From positions 434,001 through 498,000 of the forward strand of contig NW_005434649.1 in the NCBI RefSeq assembly GCF_000315625.1: 64,000 nucleotides of DNA. The letters run 5' to 3'. Below are positions 46,301 through 49,795 of this stretch, piece by piece. Both the position numbers and the translations under genes were made by a program. Origin of the DNA: Guillardia theta CCMP2712 (taxonomy: Eukaryota > Protista > Cryptophyta). Position 1 is the stretch's first letter; each line of letters starts with the position of its first letter. The notes under the pieces were generated by a model. That model was not told where the DNA came from, searched no databases, and was given only the letters and a program-made list of their open reading frames with translations.

Positions 46301-49276
46301 GCAAACGACCACCGGCAGATCTTTGCCGGCTCCCAGAGGACTCTGAACGGTGATCGAGGTCGAGGAGGCCCACCCAAGCTCCTGGACAGCCGTTGAGCCG
46401 ATGAAAGTAGTCCTCTGACTGGCCGGGAGGCCGAACCGTGAACCAAAGATTGTGACTTGCTGAGACTGCGTGTCATTGAGCGGCTGCTGGTATTCCAACC
46501 CAGTCACAATGGGAGGGCAAAACCCGAAGATAGGAGAGGCTGGCTCCAGCTCGACACGCAGAGGAGGCGAAATCTCCATCTGGAGTGTAAAGTTCTTCAC
46601 AGTCCCCAGCCCAGGTGATACGAGACATTCAAGAGAAGTATCGGACAACCATCGAGAGTCCGAACATCTTGTGCCTTCGAAGACGATCTCAGTACTGATG
46701 TTGGAGGTGCCGAAGTTCGTCCCGACAATCGTCACCCTTGCGGCATTCTCGCACACAGCTTCTGGCACCATGGAGAGAAATTCGGGCAAGTCATAGCAGA
46801 AGCTGGTTTGAACGGAGTGAGATACGTTGCCTTCCTGCGACGATGACCAGGTCATGGGTAAGTTCACACCCCTGCCAGCGTGAAGGTTGCAAGAGACGCT
46901 GCTGTCAGACGTCCAAGTGCTCGCACTGCACAGAGTGTCGCCAACATGCATCTCGAACTCGTAGTCTGAAAAACCAAAGTTGCTCCCGAGGATCGTGATG
47001 AGGACGTTTCCAGCCGTGGGGACATTTTGAGGGATCACTGAACTCACGATTGGCTTCTTCACATCATATATCATGGGGTTTGTTGAAACGTTTAGGACAT
47101 CCACAGTCGTCCATGCGATCTGTGAGCACTTGAAGGAATAAGCGTAATGAACCGGCAGTCTCATGTTGTTCGGTCCATCATACGTTTGGAAAAAATAATC
47201 AACAGGTTCAAATCCCACCAGAGGCTTTGCTTCGCTGCACGTCACGTCGTTGTTATCGCCTCTGCGGTATAATTGAACAAAGCTTGTCTGATCTTGGCAT
47301 GGCCATGCAGGCTGCTTGAAAGTGAGTAAGTTAGAGTTCTCAGCTCGATATGGATGCGTCGCATTGATCTGGCACAGTCCTTCACATTGATTTTGTTGCG
47401 TAATGTAGCACGATACGGAATAATTTTTACAGAGGCATTTTGACTCGCTGAATTGTGCGAAATATACATCGGAATCTCCTGCATTTTTAAGAAAGAATGT
47501 TATGTTCTGACCCCCTAAGAAATCCAAAGTGTTGACATTGAGATACGTCCAGGACGTCGGAGACACTGGGACGATTTGAAGCACAAATGCCTCGTTAGTG
47601 ACTGTGAGCGAGCTTTCAAAAGTAGCATGACTGACTTGAAGGTGTAATTCGACTGTCCTCGAAGCCTCCGGATACTCCCTTTGGTCAAAGATGAACATTG
47701 AAATATACTTCTTTGCCGTATCGCCATGCTCCCACGCAACCTTCTGCGGTTTCTTAACGACCAAGTCGACTCCCTCTTGACAGCGCGTGCATTGGAATGT
47801 GTAGTCAATCTCAACATAACCATCACTACCGCCCGATCTCTGAAGTTCAATGTTGTAGTACCCGACATTTTCCCTAACAGTTCCAGACAAAGTTGTCCAT
47901 GAGATGGAACCCCCATTTGCCGTACAATCTTGCCACCGAATACAAAGAATCCTCTCAGCCCTATATCGCTCGCTGTCGGTGAGCACTCTATTGAACACCA
48001 TGACTTCTGCTACTTGCCCTTTGAAATATTCATCCTGTTGACCAGGAGTCGCCCCCACACCCAAAGTGAAGGGAAATTTAGATTGAAGAATAGACTCCGA
48101 ATCAGGGGAGGGATCATGTGACAAAGATCTTGGCCCAAGAGAGATGGAATGCTGATCAATCTTGTCGATCTCCATGGTTGAATTGATCCACAATCGGAAA
48201 GTCTTGGGATCCGACTGAACTGAGACTACATGAGTTCCGGTTGCAAGCGTAGACTTGGAAGAGTATCGATTCTCTGAACCCACTAACGGCTTCACATATC
48301 CAGATTGATCGATGTACAAACCAAACCCCGTAGGCCCGATCGGAGGAGGATGGGTCAAATCGTTGTTACCGAGGATCCAAGCGCCTGAGCTGCCCCTTCC
48401 AGGATCGCGCTGAATGCTGAATGCGACGATGACAGTCAAAGAATTGTTGAAGCTCAGATCAAACGGCGAAGTATTAGAAAACGTCTGAAGGACCATAAGA
48501 TCGTCAATGCCGTCAAACAGCACTCCTGCATCAGTGAAACGAGGCAGAGTCGAGGTTGAAATGGTGTCGATTCCATTTGTTTTCCTCAACAAGAGATCGT
48601 CGGGCGAGGATCGAGTCATATCCCCATCGAATCGATTCTTCCAAACATCAACATAAAGCATGCTTCCAAGGTATCCTGATGTCAAAACCAGAGGTTTCCA
48701 GAGTCCCGCCCTTTTGCCACCGTCCCGCAATGCATACAGCCAAATCACCGGCGGGGTACCACTAACCACGACATCTCGTTCATATTCGGCACTTACAGCT
48801 AAGGGCCTTCTGCCTGTGTGAGAGATTTGAGCTTCGTCTGAGCTCATTATTGCTTTTGAATTGCAAAAGTGTAGAAGGATTGAAAGGTAGAAAACCCTTC
48901 GAATGGTAATCAGATGCCTCCCATTCAAATTGGCGAAGCGTGAGTGAAGAGGAGACGTCACCCGACTCCTCCTGGCAGCACAGATTGAGCTGCTTCGTAT
49001 CGAGCTGCTCTCAGGATCTTCGACAGGGATGTCAGGATCACCGTCATGGTCTGGTCGATGGGAGGAATCAATCTTCTGTAAGGAATCGGGGAGAAAGGAG
49101 TCCGAGGAAGAGCTCAGGGGCGGCATACCGCTAAGATGGGACATGCAGTCTCTTAGTTCGATCCTCCCTGAGCAGCGAGGCTCGTCCTGTTTCCAGTTCT
49201 CCTCCATCCCCTTCCCCTCCTCTGGCTCAATCCTGCGCATGGCGCCCCCAAGCGGGAAGGGGCGTGTCAAAGTCAT
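16310..49276 (-). CDS. Giant (10,988 aa) putative extracellular protein: LamG-like, Calx-beta, ~60 IPT/TIG, fibrinogen-like, SEA-like, cadherin-like and C-terminal Kelch-like domains
   Basis: One stop-free 33-kb ORF. Recurring IPT motifs G.NFG ... W.SD[ST]S..C; Calx-beta R..G.DG ... W.HG[DE]; LamG-like P..WLD ... G..AE...[FY]...L...R.LC.RW; C-terminal W.PR..H...W..GG...DVW.S.DG..W repeats. Hydrophobic segment VFYLSILLHF near aa 130; true start uncertain. Confidence 0.9.
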   Translation of the reverse strand: MTLTRPFPLGGAMRRIEPEEGKGMEENWKQDEPRCSGRIELRDCMSHLSGMPPLSSSSDSFLPDSLQKIDSSHRPDHDGDPDIPVEDPESSSIRSSSICAARRSRVTSPLHSRFANLNGRHLITIRRVFYLSILLHFCNSKAIMSSDEAQISHTGRRPLAVSAEYERDVVVSGTPPVIWLYALRDGGKRAGLWKPLVLTSGYLGSMLYVDVWKNRFDGDMTRSSPDDLLLRKTNGIDTISTSTLPRFTDAGVLFDGIDDLMVLQTFSNTSPFDLSFNNSLTVIVAFSIQRDPGRGSSGAWILGNNDLTHPPPIGPTGFGLYIDQSGYVKPLVGSENRYSSKSTLATGTHVVSVQSDPKTFRLWINSTMEIDKIDQHSISLGPRSLSHDPSPDSESILQSKFPFTLGVGATPGQQDEYFKGQVAEVMVFNRVLTDSERYRAERILCIRWQDCTANGGSISWTTLSGTVRENVGYYNIELQRSGGSDGYVEIDYTFQCTRCQEGVDLVVKKPQKVAWEHGDTAKKYISMFIFDQREYPEASRTVELHLQVSHATFESSLTVTNEAFVLQIVPVSPTSWTYLNVNTLDFLGGQNITFFLKNAGDSDVYFAQFSESKCLCKNYSVSCYITQQNQCEGLCQINATHPYRAENSNLLTFKQPAWPCQDQTSFVQLYRRGDNNDVTCSEAKPLVGFEPVDYFFQTYDGPNNMRLPVHYAYSFKCSQIAWTTVDVLNVSTNPMIYDVKKPIVSSVIPQNVPTAGNVLITILGSNFGFSDYEFEMHVGDTLCSASTWTSDSSVSCNLHAGRGVNLPMTWSSSQEGNVSHSVQTSFCYDLPEFLSMVPEAVCENAARVTIVGTNFGTSNISTEIVFEGTRCSDSRWLSDTSLECLVSPGLGTVKNFTLQMEISPPLRVELEPASPIFGFCPPIVTGLEYQQPLNDTQSQQVTIFGSRFGLPASQRTTFIGSTAVQELGWASSTSITVQSPLGAGKDLPVVVCLNAACSPTTSYVSYPPPQIFSVDPLLVSGRSSVNITGLHFGPSLESQGSYSPGLYNPDPWHVRNFPITMKGSSALAYNAGTSVTVGQSSCHTIEYVSTSLIRCQVAYGSGSNLKLNLGINGYNLEHDRLLTYQPPSVTAVSPSYLKPVGEDINVTVYGRNFGADGEVQATIGTTVCFSSIWISDSSLLCSTAYNLGTSKEFITGVGTRNVYVEVGGQRSMPEPNRLPLFTFAAPSVTNIVPAEASYQGGATVTLFGENFGSTDYTLGLQVGATNCLGTTWSSDSAITCVVPAFYGPKGVSSPFIKLQAEDVVSQSSDFRYLAPVDALQVSPSNSPSTGQVLLQLTGSSFGAYGDVVKVFIQNSPCSDLQWFSTSSVRCRAPVGLGRAKVDISIKSKNASSWTTFYDKLTYDAAVVTGFTRNFPTAGGVQTTLLGKNFGYTGDQELVQVIFGKTQCSSTGWISDSAMMCLTPQGLGVEDAIWARSACNQYPLQGPWCVEGSQRNAVFSWDRPILSLARSGAAAGDELITFVGRNFGPYDNSPRVWIGPTETSAASWRSDTSLVCVTSGGIGSNAVSLQLAGESVLLNSTFADFFTYDSPVVTAVSPDFALSSGGGLVTVLGHNFSPFDHTPVVSIGSTRCLESSWISDSSIRCRTPAGSFIERTVSVTFHQSYSEFTTTASKDKAFNFSSSSCAEIIRYEPDARSGEYMINTDSLLWSGFVVLCDFGKEFAGHRGLGVLHAPPVLWLDASDAYLTYGTNLSMTSCPYCTWQKSLLMQQGFSGRVSSWRSRVGGIVLQQADAKKQPTFVASSDSWTVRNDNSGELSSSGPYVHPGVISFDGINDFLQSSTFSFDALPAVSVVVVMNIKSTFHGGFVFSNNVPVSGQERGVGLFVEPDGKLKVVGGDEARYLSSSQVVPLEGLHVVTMVMSANQFSLWLDSDIQKGFDKFACSVPDSSFEKLCIPEGPSDCTGSFLDAIQSDAVELWLSSTDSISTLRYLDNNGDFIQEVLQWRDRRNCSACQTFDWSSSAARPLILTNQRYTSVNLGSAVDFSTVLGQRNLTVVFVSNDQFCLQFATSDYPASVSNLSVPGFRSSCPVSVLSAQANFEVCNSSFVPSSSLTVYSLTLSLVEACDRSQSLPKRWEGGITEYMTWTELLSPEALGVVQSYLMSKYEIQTFCRRRGTGGLASPIPSLFLGTFPGVLPRYLNNQTGVPSFFAGEVAEMVMFDRVISESERADMERVMCLRWQRSCLVASLRLQVTGRPLDFFSRDVVDQVRQSLVAAMGVPQVQETQVELSSLQEVKNAENLWNYNPQVTVDVKFSRLDSVLAASLRSVLQDGASQFEGQLQSFLSAQWNADVLVKSEAFDVAGYVKVGYVSFSQDRVYTITEGSLFNGSYMPSTVRIPVTRYNGSDGAVAIRYQTVERTAKSSQDFVAVSKVVAWGHGEETTKYLEVHIIDNELLQEARQFQVTIVEYYSEFQGFAIEGSKAVNVSITDNNLTEPVFWYNISASQVAPSCNNLSTGPIGGGFEVTIHGHGFNAYSRPMHCTWYSRSDACEGNTEVNVYYKWFDYLSNSQVCGIQESRSDVVVLNDKFLRCTAPQWTISTSAPIFLRLGMGTGPGEEGIDNKFGAYGFQFLAPCSMLPSQRNIPMSGVTQIAVLGSNFGFTNVSLTPIIGLSAGGQVDWSSDSSISITRFSPGTGYEKQVGLTVWDGLAVFDQAFSYDAPRIISFAPQDLRLVSGLQFHAVVTGKNFGDQAGTQRDVFLQQQPCQNVSWVSDSYLTCLGSVAAPVFSSLAQTYAEIVVSVDSQSGTGEAFQFPPPEQLTAVSPSNGPVNDGTRSLTVFGSNFGVKDNSLAVSFSDTPCLSTTWISDTALYVRCEFSGYPPADVQLQSRLYDIQNGSALFSFDTMVVTAVAPANGPIVGGTNVSVTGRNFGDHDYSSSCVVDGNESPATWISDSSLVCLTPPRVKEERTFKIQSAIKSGATATAIFSYDRPCLTSFLPSSVPKIGAQVTAFGKNFGLSSSDQLGLVGQQETNCTWLSDSSLNCNIPSGVVEASFAAFLRKGPAMIVSDDEACRASISYDPLKVTGVSPPNGPAVGGIRLELLGENFGVSPPNSTSLTLDGASCENTSWVSDSSIACYHLPPKTSPCAQTLGQVNVSVVREGAQPSGEALLERGATSLAYDEAKILKVETPGEATVLNSVFTFTGAAARNNGQVELTVLGDNLCLGCSSVRIRDIECTNLTWVSYSMMTCTIPYVPGGRESCVRRLNVTLQDTCHGVDSFVPDLVLVEEPKISYIDPSHAPTNRTSSVSVFGSCFGYKDFSPTVTLGPKNHEIEWTSDTSLTTRFVSSVGGPYGFTVAFASGAESSITNVFCYDAPRLQGLDPNIGPTTGKMQVTLTGYNFGFDEGLDMKIGSISCSSTKSISDTSIACTIGECTGSCSNLQPSLTVLGIQNVETSLTFTYLPPPVVKSWSSQEQVRFDVGGTITIVGEKFSESSDRMAYVGSTECLTIMWTSDTSLQCTVSPGRGSFLGVKVRVGYGTGNLYRTFSYFPDWVSNLGVTGNPFGWFNSEDSDKIKGYANDTRRVQYWRSRASSSSGVEVSLQSYYETAPALTPLNVVQFQSGKEFLYTDYRYNNQSLSLLLLFYYSPPANTGLLEDQILLATSVEGPSETGRLVLSINQSNVMALSRDDIPLQEVELVPNKHNQITFSISSDSCILRVNSVGGAFNCSSISLANIRFVLGNQNGLNSQSFLGSVLEFVIYDSALGASDLAQLERATCLRRNVSTCAALGTNPGAITWSDASINVKESIGNVSVVVERVGGNDGWAIVFWKIVPIFPLPPPPLYSDKCGTGALIAINSEGCPDCTFCSPDDEKQCFAWFQFGFGENTRKSISVQVCDNMVFNQLDRILTFELYGLSSTYPMSFNISEMNFTIVGPDDIQWNQLLTNSVLASGEEIEVRGQGFQEHERHVCEFTPDDTSMPANTSVQTNATWLNSTLLRCSSWGAWEFPLMFARLQIYRVLWEGGQEIRSPLSFYPTGNASDVLQVVEYWRTIEPESSSAGGSKLVVVRGAGLLHSKSYSCTWGNVSVLATFVNSSTLTCSTPVWTLQSTTDFKLVSSSPISYSHQKSSYLICHVPATETPDICITQQSSSVTFTFERFVTTVSTASASVMGSANVTVSGLGFGSCRSDLLCSFTNQESDSSSPAHFVSDSELVCETPFWPHSDRVVKFLVNCSTFPPGENFWNAYPQDNSFTFLAPALSHLLPNSSLDTTGNQPLTLYGSSFGLTSKWFNNDSSRKVTVGSSQGSQLTWVSDSSLTFVSPAGINYDYEGLNVNLTLANATSTLENVAFYNDSECFRWDVPLTFPSVKQKLLADGILTVYGRGFGTLQDIDKVRVLLDDVECSDTQYVSDSVLRCVIPESLACTGEDQQLYASVRVGSKAPRVCAETNHLVTPRVFDFSGNEAPTAGGTNLTLFSNNFGDLDYQIVLGETRCEDVSWISSTSVRCLVPPGTGKGIAINLLALNCSFPNASSSSFRYAIPSVTTIVPNFADRHGDTNVTIFGSNFGTTDVGVKVYTQQFPCQDVTWASDTSVTCTVSVNFDETVSFVPPTVEVNGVEGTGPASLEFIDMPAINTVEPPQVRIFQGVLNLTGSGLLNSTITAVLLGSTSAPSVDWTSDSQILAYVPPGIGSEQQDIDLEVRGLIHVKRLGAWRYEAPYLQSIEYDYQASKAKLFGRNFGVFDPSVRVLVGGTECVSTSWTSDSAVSCSFSRLAGQDFDVSVQVADSVGTLFKGFKYAPPAITSIESVRGESASDLPLLPVAGQSTISIRGENFGSQHDEQEIRLGSTLCNLVEWTSDSSIRCVSRVWFDNVKSVNVSIAVGPAGHLQRSGSIDVQVSSPTCQVIKNGLETIGRAAAIGRYLTDPDFGSSSDAYLAFCEMGNLNLDIIYGTMGTNRNKPVPWMWLDPSVADTVSVACQDQYGASWNESFYPTNSSTCSSILSWSSRRLSPVHVVSFDSLGSSTVTYLSGQVTTPPKVAIADHSYMAANEFRPIAEEYTIFFVLESMLQNASCWILDDTDVHTVPPHGFGFKLQDGELSAIFGDQAVDLRSGVLGDGIHLIDLTVNLTTVQLAVDGQVVNETNHSVTDYQPGLAKLHLLKRSTLFDVQNDCSIELGDIILYNRLLDSAEIRNSRRYLCLKWNVSGCTSAPAYGHLQSVNSSYSVAESQGHVRIWLERVDGTDGPMTMEFTCSSDQPANLASLNYNPCSDAIEPAIQFVDFTPVSGSLSWDHGESGRKYFDMHVIDNGILQSTRSVNCTVVQLSPSTNEQLTVQVLILDPIDSCDVCPNTSCVRNNFNCSIRVDSLSPTFGPAAGGANITFTGSGFREEVSYACEFSSANFKLQAGLPVVRTAATATSEVAVTCSIPTWHEMFLDAFVQIVLASNNSRSCAKVPFQFTRPQITVVEPSAGNTVTSTNVRVYGSNFGQKGSDILVTIGGSATSTSWTSDSSMGIVVPPMVGVHDICCSVGNVQGCTSFMRLVGSLSETDVLRLDGQDDAFVQALTSVLTTALSVTWNSIHVARYNISIADSVVEVYIAFSTPSPPQPSATFKVSLSNVTIFYSIASSYQLTFRSASPSISQIFPSTFPSSVSGTELIVTVAGSHFGAMDYSPTATIGPTACLVTMWISDSSLLCSAPFGYGSGTVEVTVAQQSSSSDVKFSYRASPVIATSQPSNGRMVGGFELTIIGQQFGTADNSAQVKVGGKDSLSSRWISSTSVLCTVPSGLGQGIPIQLDFAFGRTSAANIFSYDTLSLTAVTPRNSTPNSPVTLTVLGTNFGIKSNLSTGYSVDCYLGDQVSFSASWISESSSSCSFGPQNSIASNLRLNLNGLIGSISPAAGGFAYDAPEITDVQAGSVPPAGGGVVSVYGSNFGIKAPPDFRALVGDTLCSKVQWKSDSSTTCVAPAGTGHVPISVIRWGIVGKSSPLLSYNPSSISDIHPSNAPVINDAVITLLGQGFGPEQGNQSLVYGSQVTECSSWTSDTSMGCLLPPDVSGNQFFYPQVSVGSILSNFSDHAFSFDLAVVSSLKPAYGSIGGVPMLTVLGNNFGTAEPQEVVGDFGGISCLKPSNVAQKGLDWISDSSLLCSLQPGSGQNLPMHLNIDSVPSNAGDVAFQYLRNPQVTALQYSGTYLQTGGANVTVLGKAFSIYNNAQKQYVNGGFTCRVGNTLALDAAWSSDTSVSCLVGPGSGQDLSVSVEVLGSFATIFQAFSYLPAPTITAIEPDHEILTPGNTITINGNNFGFKDPTPVGYVEATRCTQTFWVASTSITCVLPQAELVDGLSIRVDVDGQSSTLPNALNYSGTGLVNQFGFSFPQPLIWLDPRRSSTVKREGSLSQVQYVKEWKPRFTSGTTATEDPFTFLQDSIVQRPQYKDGFLRFDGMNDRMLSNKPLYRPRNEMTLFVVFRAAQSKRGASSVCVARPVVAVLRIDGNDYMRIQSENDYIFPVPRGSNPQFWIYSPSGNTRILLSYVSITNVSAVANEHPAYYEVKAPPGTSYPDVSGEGYFAVPYGMDSACAPGWLLSDNPIGKSYAGGGFGVYIDKNQLVRPVAKQDVTLVSQTQLTDGWHILTVSMNLEIPNKFYRLYVDNSLDKGFDYDEAFLSSSEVISQDQDVSNPVLPLALGSRSTGFSDADKAYFHGDLGEIVMYKEALSEQNRDRVFRALCIRWRPSLCSPPGFGGNFTFTWINFARMSIVKDVSQVPVASVSRTGGSDGYASFYLELRNTSASDACCTLTRLKLEWAHGDTAAKELTWPDLDFITRSMGVRELSRSLIVNLRELWTDSIVHTEQTVIQVQNDVPYIDQVQPSVSTTQGGVTITIVGGNFGDSDTYGLKLPFTQPSHVEVRIGGTVCDSPRWISDSSIVTSSPKGGHTEFSKTVEVHIDVGCPFYENHFFGCKRTKSVANASFQYHSPVIQSIIPVDDVGLPTTPVITVIGSNFGFSPTNTSITVGSTACAESTWYSDTSCICNARKGSGSLLPVSVLLEDKTTGTLPSSFSYRPQMVIERVRYANSPTTGSVNITIFGTQFSVINLNPKVQVGSTECITSDWISFTSLACRVSGGIGVGLSVTVGNDVSDDVVLANVFSYNQPIITAIVPVHGPIVGQNVTIYGANLAENTDSIVEEFASHGEEFAGLDWVVEGRRYVVPADWFTFDEPRIDSIAPNFGPTSGDFNTTIKGQNFGSESWMNLTVKVGSSRCSTLVWTSDSSIMCNMAAGTGTERKIVIARNKHVGTSEVAFSYSAPVVSAVNPTNIPRMTSHLVLTVSGSNFGRDTDDDLVASVGNSPCTVEDRTDTRFHCRVQALTLTQFDISVEVTGQVVNNSLTTFSFDQPKILSLSSYAGPKSGNYPVLINGINYDVSPPQNLSLSIGNTTCMSSGWVSDSSLACRSPATSSIQEGFVSVSIGTFDLKSSRAFWFLERPELTGIKAENKTTCTDKLVNVTLSGRNFGEREEHLKNILIGLHPCSNQTWMSPSKLSCLVRPGLGRWVDVYVETYGGNATLSRAYDFECAPNITNVHPSPIAAKGDQNVTVTGVNLRPGDDTFSLRIGQTSCLSSLWTSETSMLCTSPEGFGRGLKVIAEINRLTFESVASLDYSYPCLSSSPQASTPIRTDGGENLIFHGTNLLALRHVSFEIFVGPFQCEDAKVIADSTLSCNTTRGFGHDLEVKLIVGGQDTWQYCHDAVNKIYFSYSLPIISGVEPQQGPSSGFSTVSITGSDFGSSSIVNLTAFIGNTACQQSSWISSTSITCTTAAGAGLNQRVMVDFSGTSAEVEDAYNYSSPTCRVAMKLAGTQTPSYFLIDDRNASSLVLCERLQEMSVVRVLGLKNHTPIAWLSTQVVSNYLETTLSHVGEQLVVYIKSWQSYVGDAAFSPPSDVARPTLTVDGTVRFNGVNEILQSNLERKGPRFTAFVAFRADWSSRDGWCPRDFGVGGTACAPGWLLSDNSVTNSETPAGFGIFIGSERYIQAVVGNYSGFYSVDRLDLNDEMHVISVELTETNVRLWLDGREQPSVDSSFLHRMPLSSTINVTLGGRGTHVVDAQLHPEARDYFHGDIAEVVLIDDLLSEQERKVVQRSLVARWMLHSNALGASLDLSVPSQPVEGDNILISILRNEGTDGFISGTYTISYEATVIHGEFHWYHGESEPFVIFDGVILDHVYTAGDILVNVNLTVLENEYLVRKKFVSKAFSIKNVDSRISQLTPANGPATGGTLITIGGMNLKCASGSGACNAQRNYTVLLGGRECTDLYWFSEHALTCKTPPGFGRDVKSQFYVNSAWTEVVPWFSYDEPVFSSLHVSEFRLNLTGENFGSSAAWSHVAIVGSTVAETTRWVSDSALEVLVSPGIGKGHPVLLGIAQSSFNTNFSYSYLNPQVSNLAPSYQNGTLPYVAVHGKYFGAADYSARAFVGPSACSLSVWTSDSSLSCHVPAGVGSNCLSVKVGEDESICTHNFTYLAPPVIHSVNVSWNVSSLEFDNLTVPAVGLLVVNGQNFGFSETEVRVQVGETQSARAVWTSDSSILAYIPPGVGANLTVTTFVYLQSATSEKTFSYLPPEINYLSPKADPRNQSSSTIFGRWFGYSDYSATASIEGQPIQTFWISDSAMAAHIPARQGPFHAKSSVRVDVAQLTGSFVGQVYRLPSIESVQAHAECNETLEIARSTVVDIVGSYFEPGIEAFVGSTRCISTTFVSDTSIFCKVTPGTGKSVKVEINIEDHNSSLTHSFTYETPYVFGLDPNHGPARGNFSVNLLGDYFAESDTAETGGLKYSIGETVCSPLTWISTTSISCTVGAGIGKHHELTLALNSSGLNASCYRPVFFSYDAPLVRRLQPVYGSVEGYKFVTFIGSNFGVDDLHQLSATIGGTSCLQVQWQSDSSIACQTAPGGGRELQVSVTVAGLSTIPSLVNYTYLELPHVSSIQPPRLDLVDQSQITIVGNHFAQEGFIPSVNIGSQSCAVLQAERTSIICEPPAVLNNGPWTVTVHLDDRTSDALVVQQQIPTIDSVLCTVVNQGQKTEITLYGRNFGTGGLSFSTVYINEESCPTVIWISDNMIKCIVSKIVMRKSSVQLRYYDEFGDVMFFEPLVQAISLSNKGSVSQLLSLDEFTGSTHELRKIAPVCMSHGNIAADPLGGRLFCMMQDFERHPDLLTISLNMSFATSTVSLAISSRVSNDLQDLRNVTVTNLEFDVVSSRLFAMAIPRLCDKSFFISINVTDGTVAVLASVRGVPVPNLRALDPVHKVYYGLIEDGTDQVFFAASTGNKVGSVCEMAGGACQIVSPGQSACTTFTRSSELLLEQDAKVLCRNLSSYCDYYEWNGILQTFEMNQLNGTDACNGPKIVYANRWQGISAMTFDLTRDALLIVREDVLGRDRVRKQDNLAILLLDVSFLFTSTANFVATDQNVLGQCLRLSESQMSPSDWAVDYTRTITTFSAREVSSDSYSFLFSSHLFLFKELGTMRAVAYEENFKSFEFQIEDLGFQAIIPLDDLNLLLTPSVKNVIPPCLSPNGTTTVTVFGKNFGFADTSPRISIDGRECLHSKWISNEQLVCEYAPAKDSGSILTCANMKIDFTHYDIPVYFHNLRYSLNGASSLCQQCMSGAASDQPIEIYTWENSGRVDVKLAPAQCGVIAGEGQFSLNVSEAVGNLDLLIYDSVRIFSDNCSLTFSLHSLQNGRIEFAAPVIGTTLIIYASPINNPPTLLPAQTELSLCETLPVETSLTHSVPFAVHNGGPDESSQQLTVTLTHSDVGAQALENVQYTMNSSALLVTFRVKPGFAGTASISVGVQDDGGLGSGLPFTPPACPENERYVDFPSPCNWDRANASTILIHVAKYNAQPTFAFNQQARFRAEDLTGKVTSADSSGHLEMPEGLGIVLVEDWLVNVSQGSPDEASQMLSFAVVPLSYAPAESGLEVPPVLLANRSLQLVTKARIDSLTATSQFVIMLTDSGDAHCGINQKNRTITVTVNSVNRPPLFSLDPAYSSVVRKEDECGSANPCRIESFVTNVSSGANEFWQTVTFHVEVESSVIFRCSNTTMFDSIEVDNTRRASPYLDRNGTLFFAIRPGCSGRAGIKILLFDTGGTENRARNVSMPAYFNLTISTTLYAPEFSIACDQSYPYACMYEQGVPVADKTCLNSTETVLQNFISQYSSQNLESLQTFSFSVLVTNLPTEAFDVYPHIDLANKSLAFRMHREYQGIIAMVVVLQDGSLLQSNSSFLTRCVEIPKPISFQVQEQISISEHQTSYGPSPFVTQIVSEGRVPPGSFKVEQVESFPPGLITSGPSVNCSEVPCLTGFLRFDSAPFRFGSAKFSISFYDLQQNLRSPVLFFTIKVQPFNNQPSFASNETLDVNENSWCIEIEAGVCDTSFLFSEYRLLHLRRRFAHNISIGDPYEVMPYHTTVDGGINISTNSNCPAGPCCFQRVTFVVQDADSSASSALFLSRPQVFPDGTLQFALKEDVYGQATFYVSLKDEGACSSNSSYLLDLAPTLPPKASEQRVFTIVVHPVNRQPSFQVKTRRLSVIPYSLPRYIPNFFFNISTGPPSEGYQTYSFHIFVDELFSPLFSPPGLPSYRYSNNSLLFSACMKAPNRTVVFNATATMKDSGGRNLTQLRDLLLFYPMDELSVELEYTFLSSEHVETSQLQSWRQQQNASLSRRMGHAMVEFLEHVWILGGYEINSPLGDSYQSDVWQSTPCPVNSTASCLRFQLVTGQAGWMPRHSHAVTVFKERLWLMGGFSEEGHSLNDVWSSSDGVVWRQVSTSAAWGRRFSFGLVSTAWYEGGEWHFRMVLAGGASYRGLAKLRYNDVWTTEDGDSWTLASSAAPWSPRHSHGMVASALLGACPQIWLMGGEGDDLYNDVWLSTNGSAWQLVTGNAPWARRRGFSLLAFQDSLLVIAGHAQKEFEGGTDGFLQSDIWQSKDGADWVEAAALAPFPARAYFGSTTVMGQRIVLYGGRGELDILDDVWVLAHSG

Positions 49277-49795
49277 CTAATAGGTTTTGTAGTCAAGATT
49301 GAGTGTCTTTAGTGAAATATTCCGATCTCATTATCGACGCTTATAGTCAAATCACCGTGAAAACACGACTATGAGGGTGCATAGTCAAAATTAGTGTCTG
49401 TAGTCAAATTCCCGTCTGTGGGAGTCCGGTCAGCGAGTCAGCCCCAGGCTTGCTCGCTGCATCCGATGGTCGAGATAGAACGATCGCATCAAGATTGACT
49501 CGTATGTGCAGTAGAAAATCGAGCTTTTCTGGTCCGACACTATCACGACTCGGCCTCGGAAACCTGAAACTTGGGTCTGGCATTCTATGTGACGATCATG
49601 ATCATGCAATGATTGCGCAAGCCTCAATCGGTGCTTTGCAGCTTTAAATTTAGAGAGTTCGAATGTAGAGAAAGACAGAATATTTGGATATTAAAAAGTT
49701 GCAAGGTATCCGCCGGTGCTAAACAGCTTGGGCGGGCCCCGGCGAATTGAAGCAACTTGATTACTGAAAAAGAATAATGAACACTTGCAAATACT

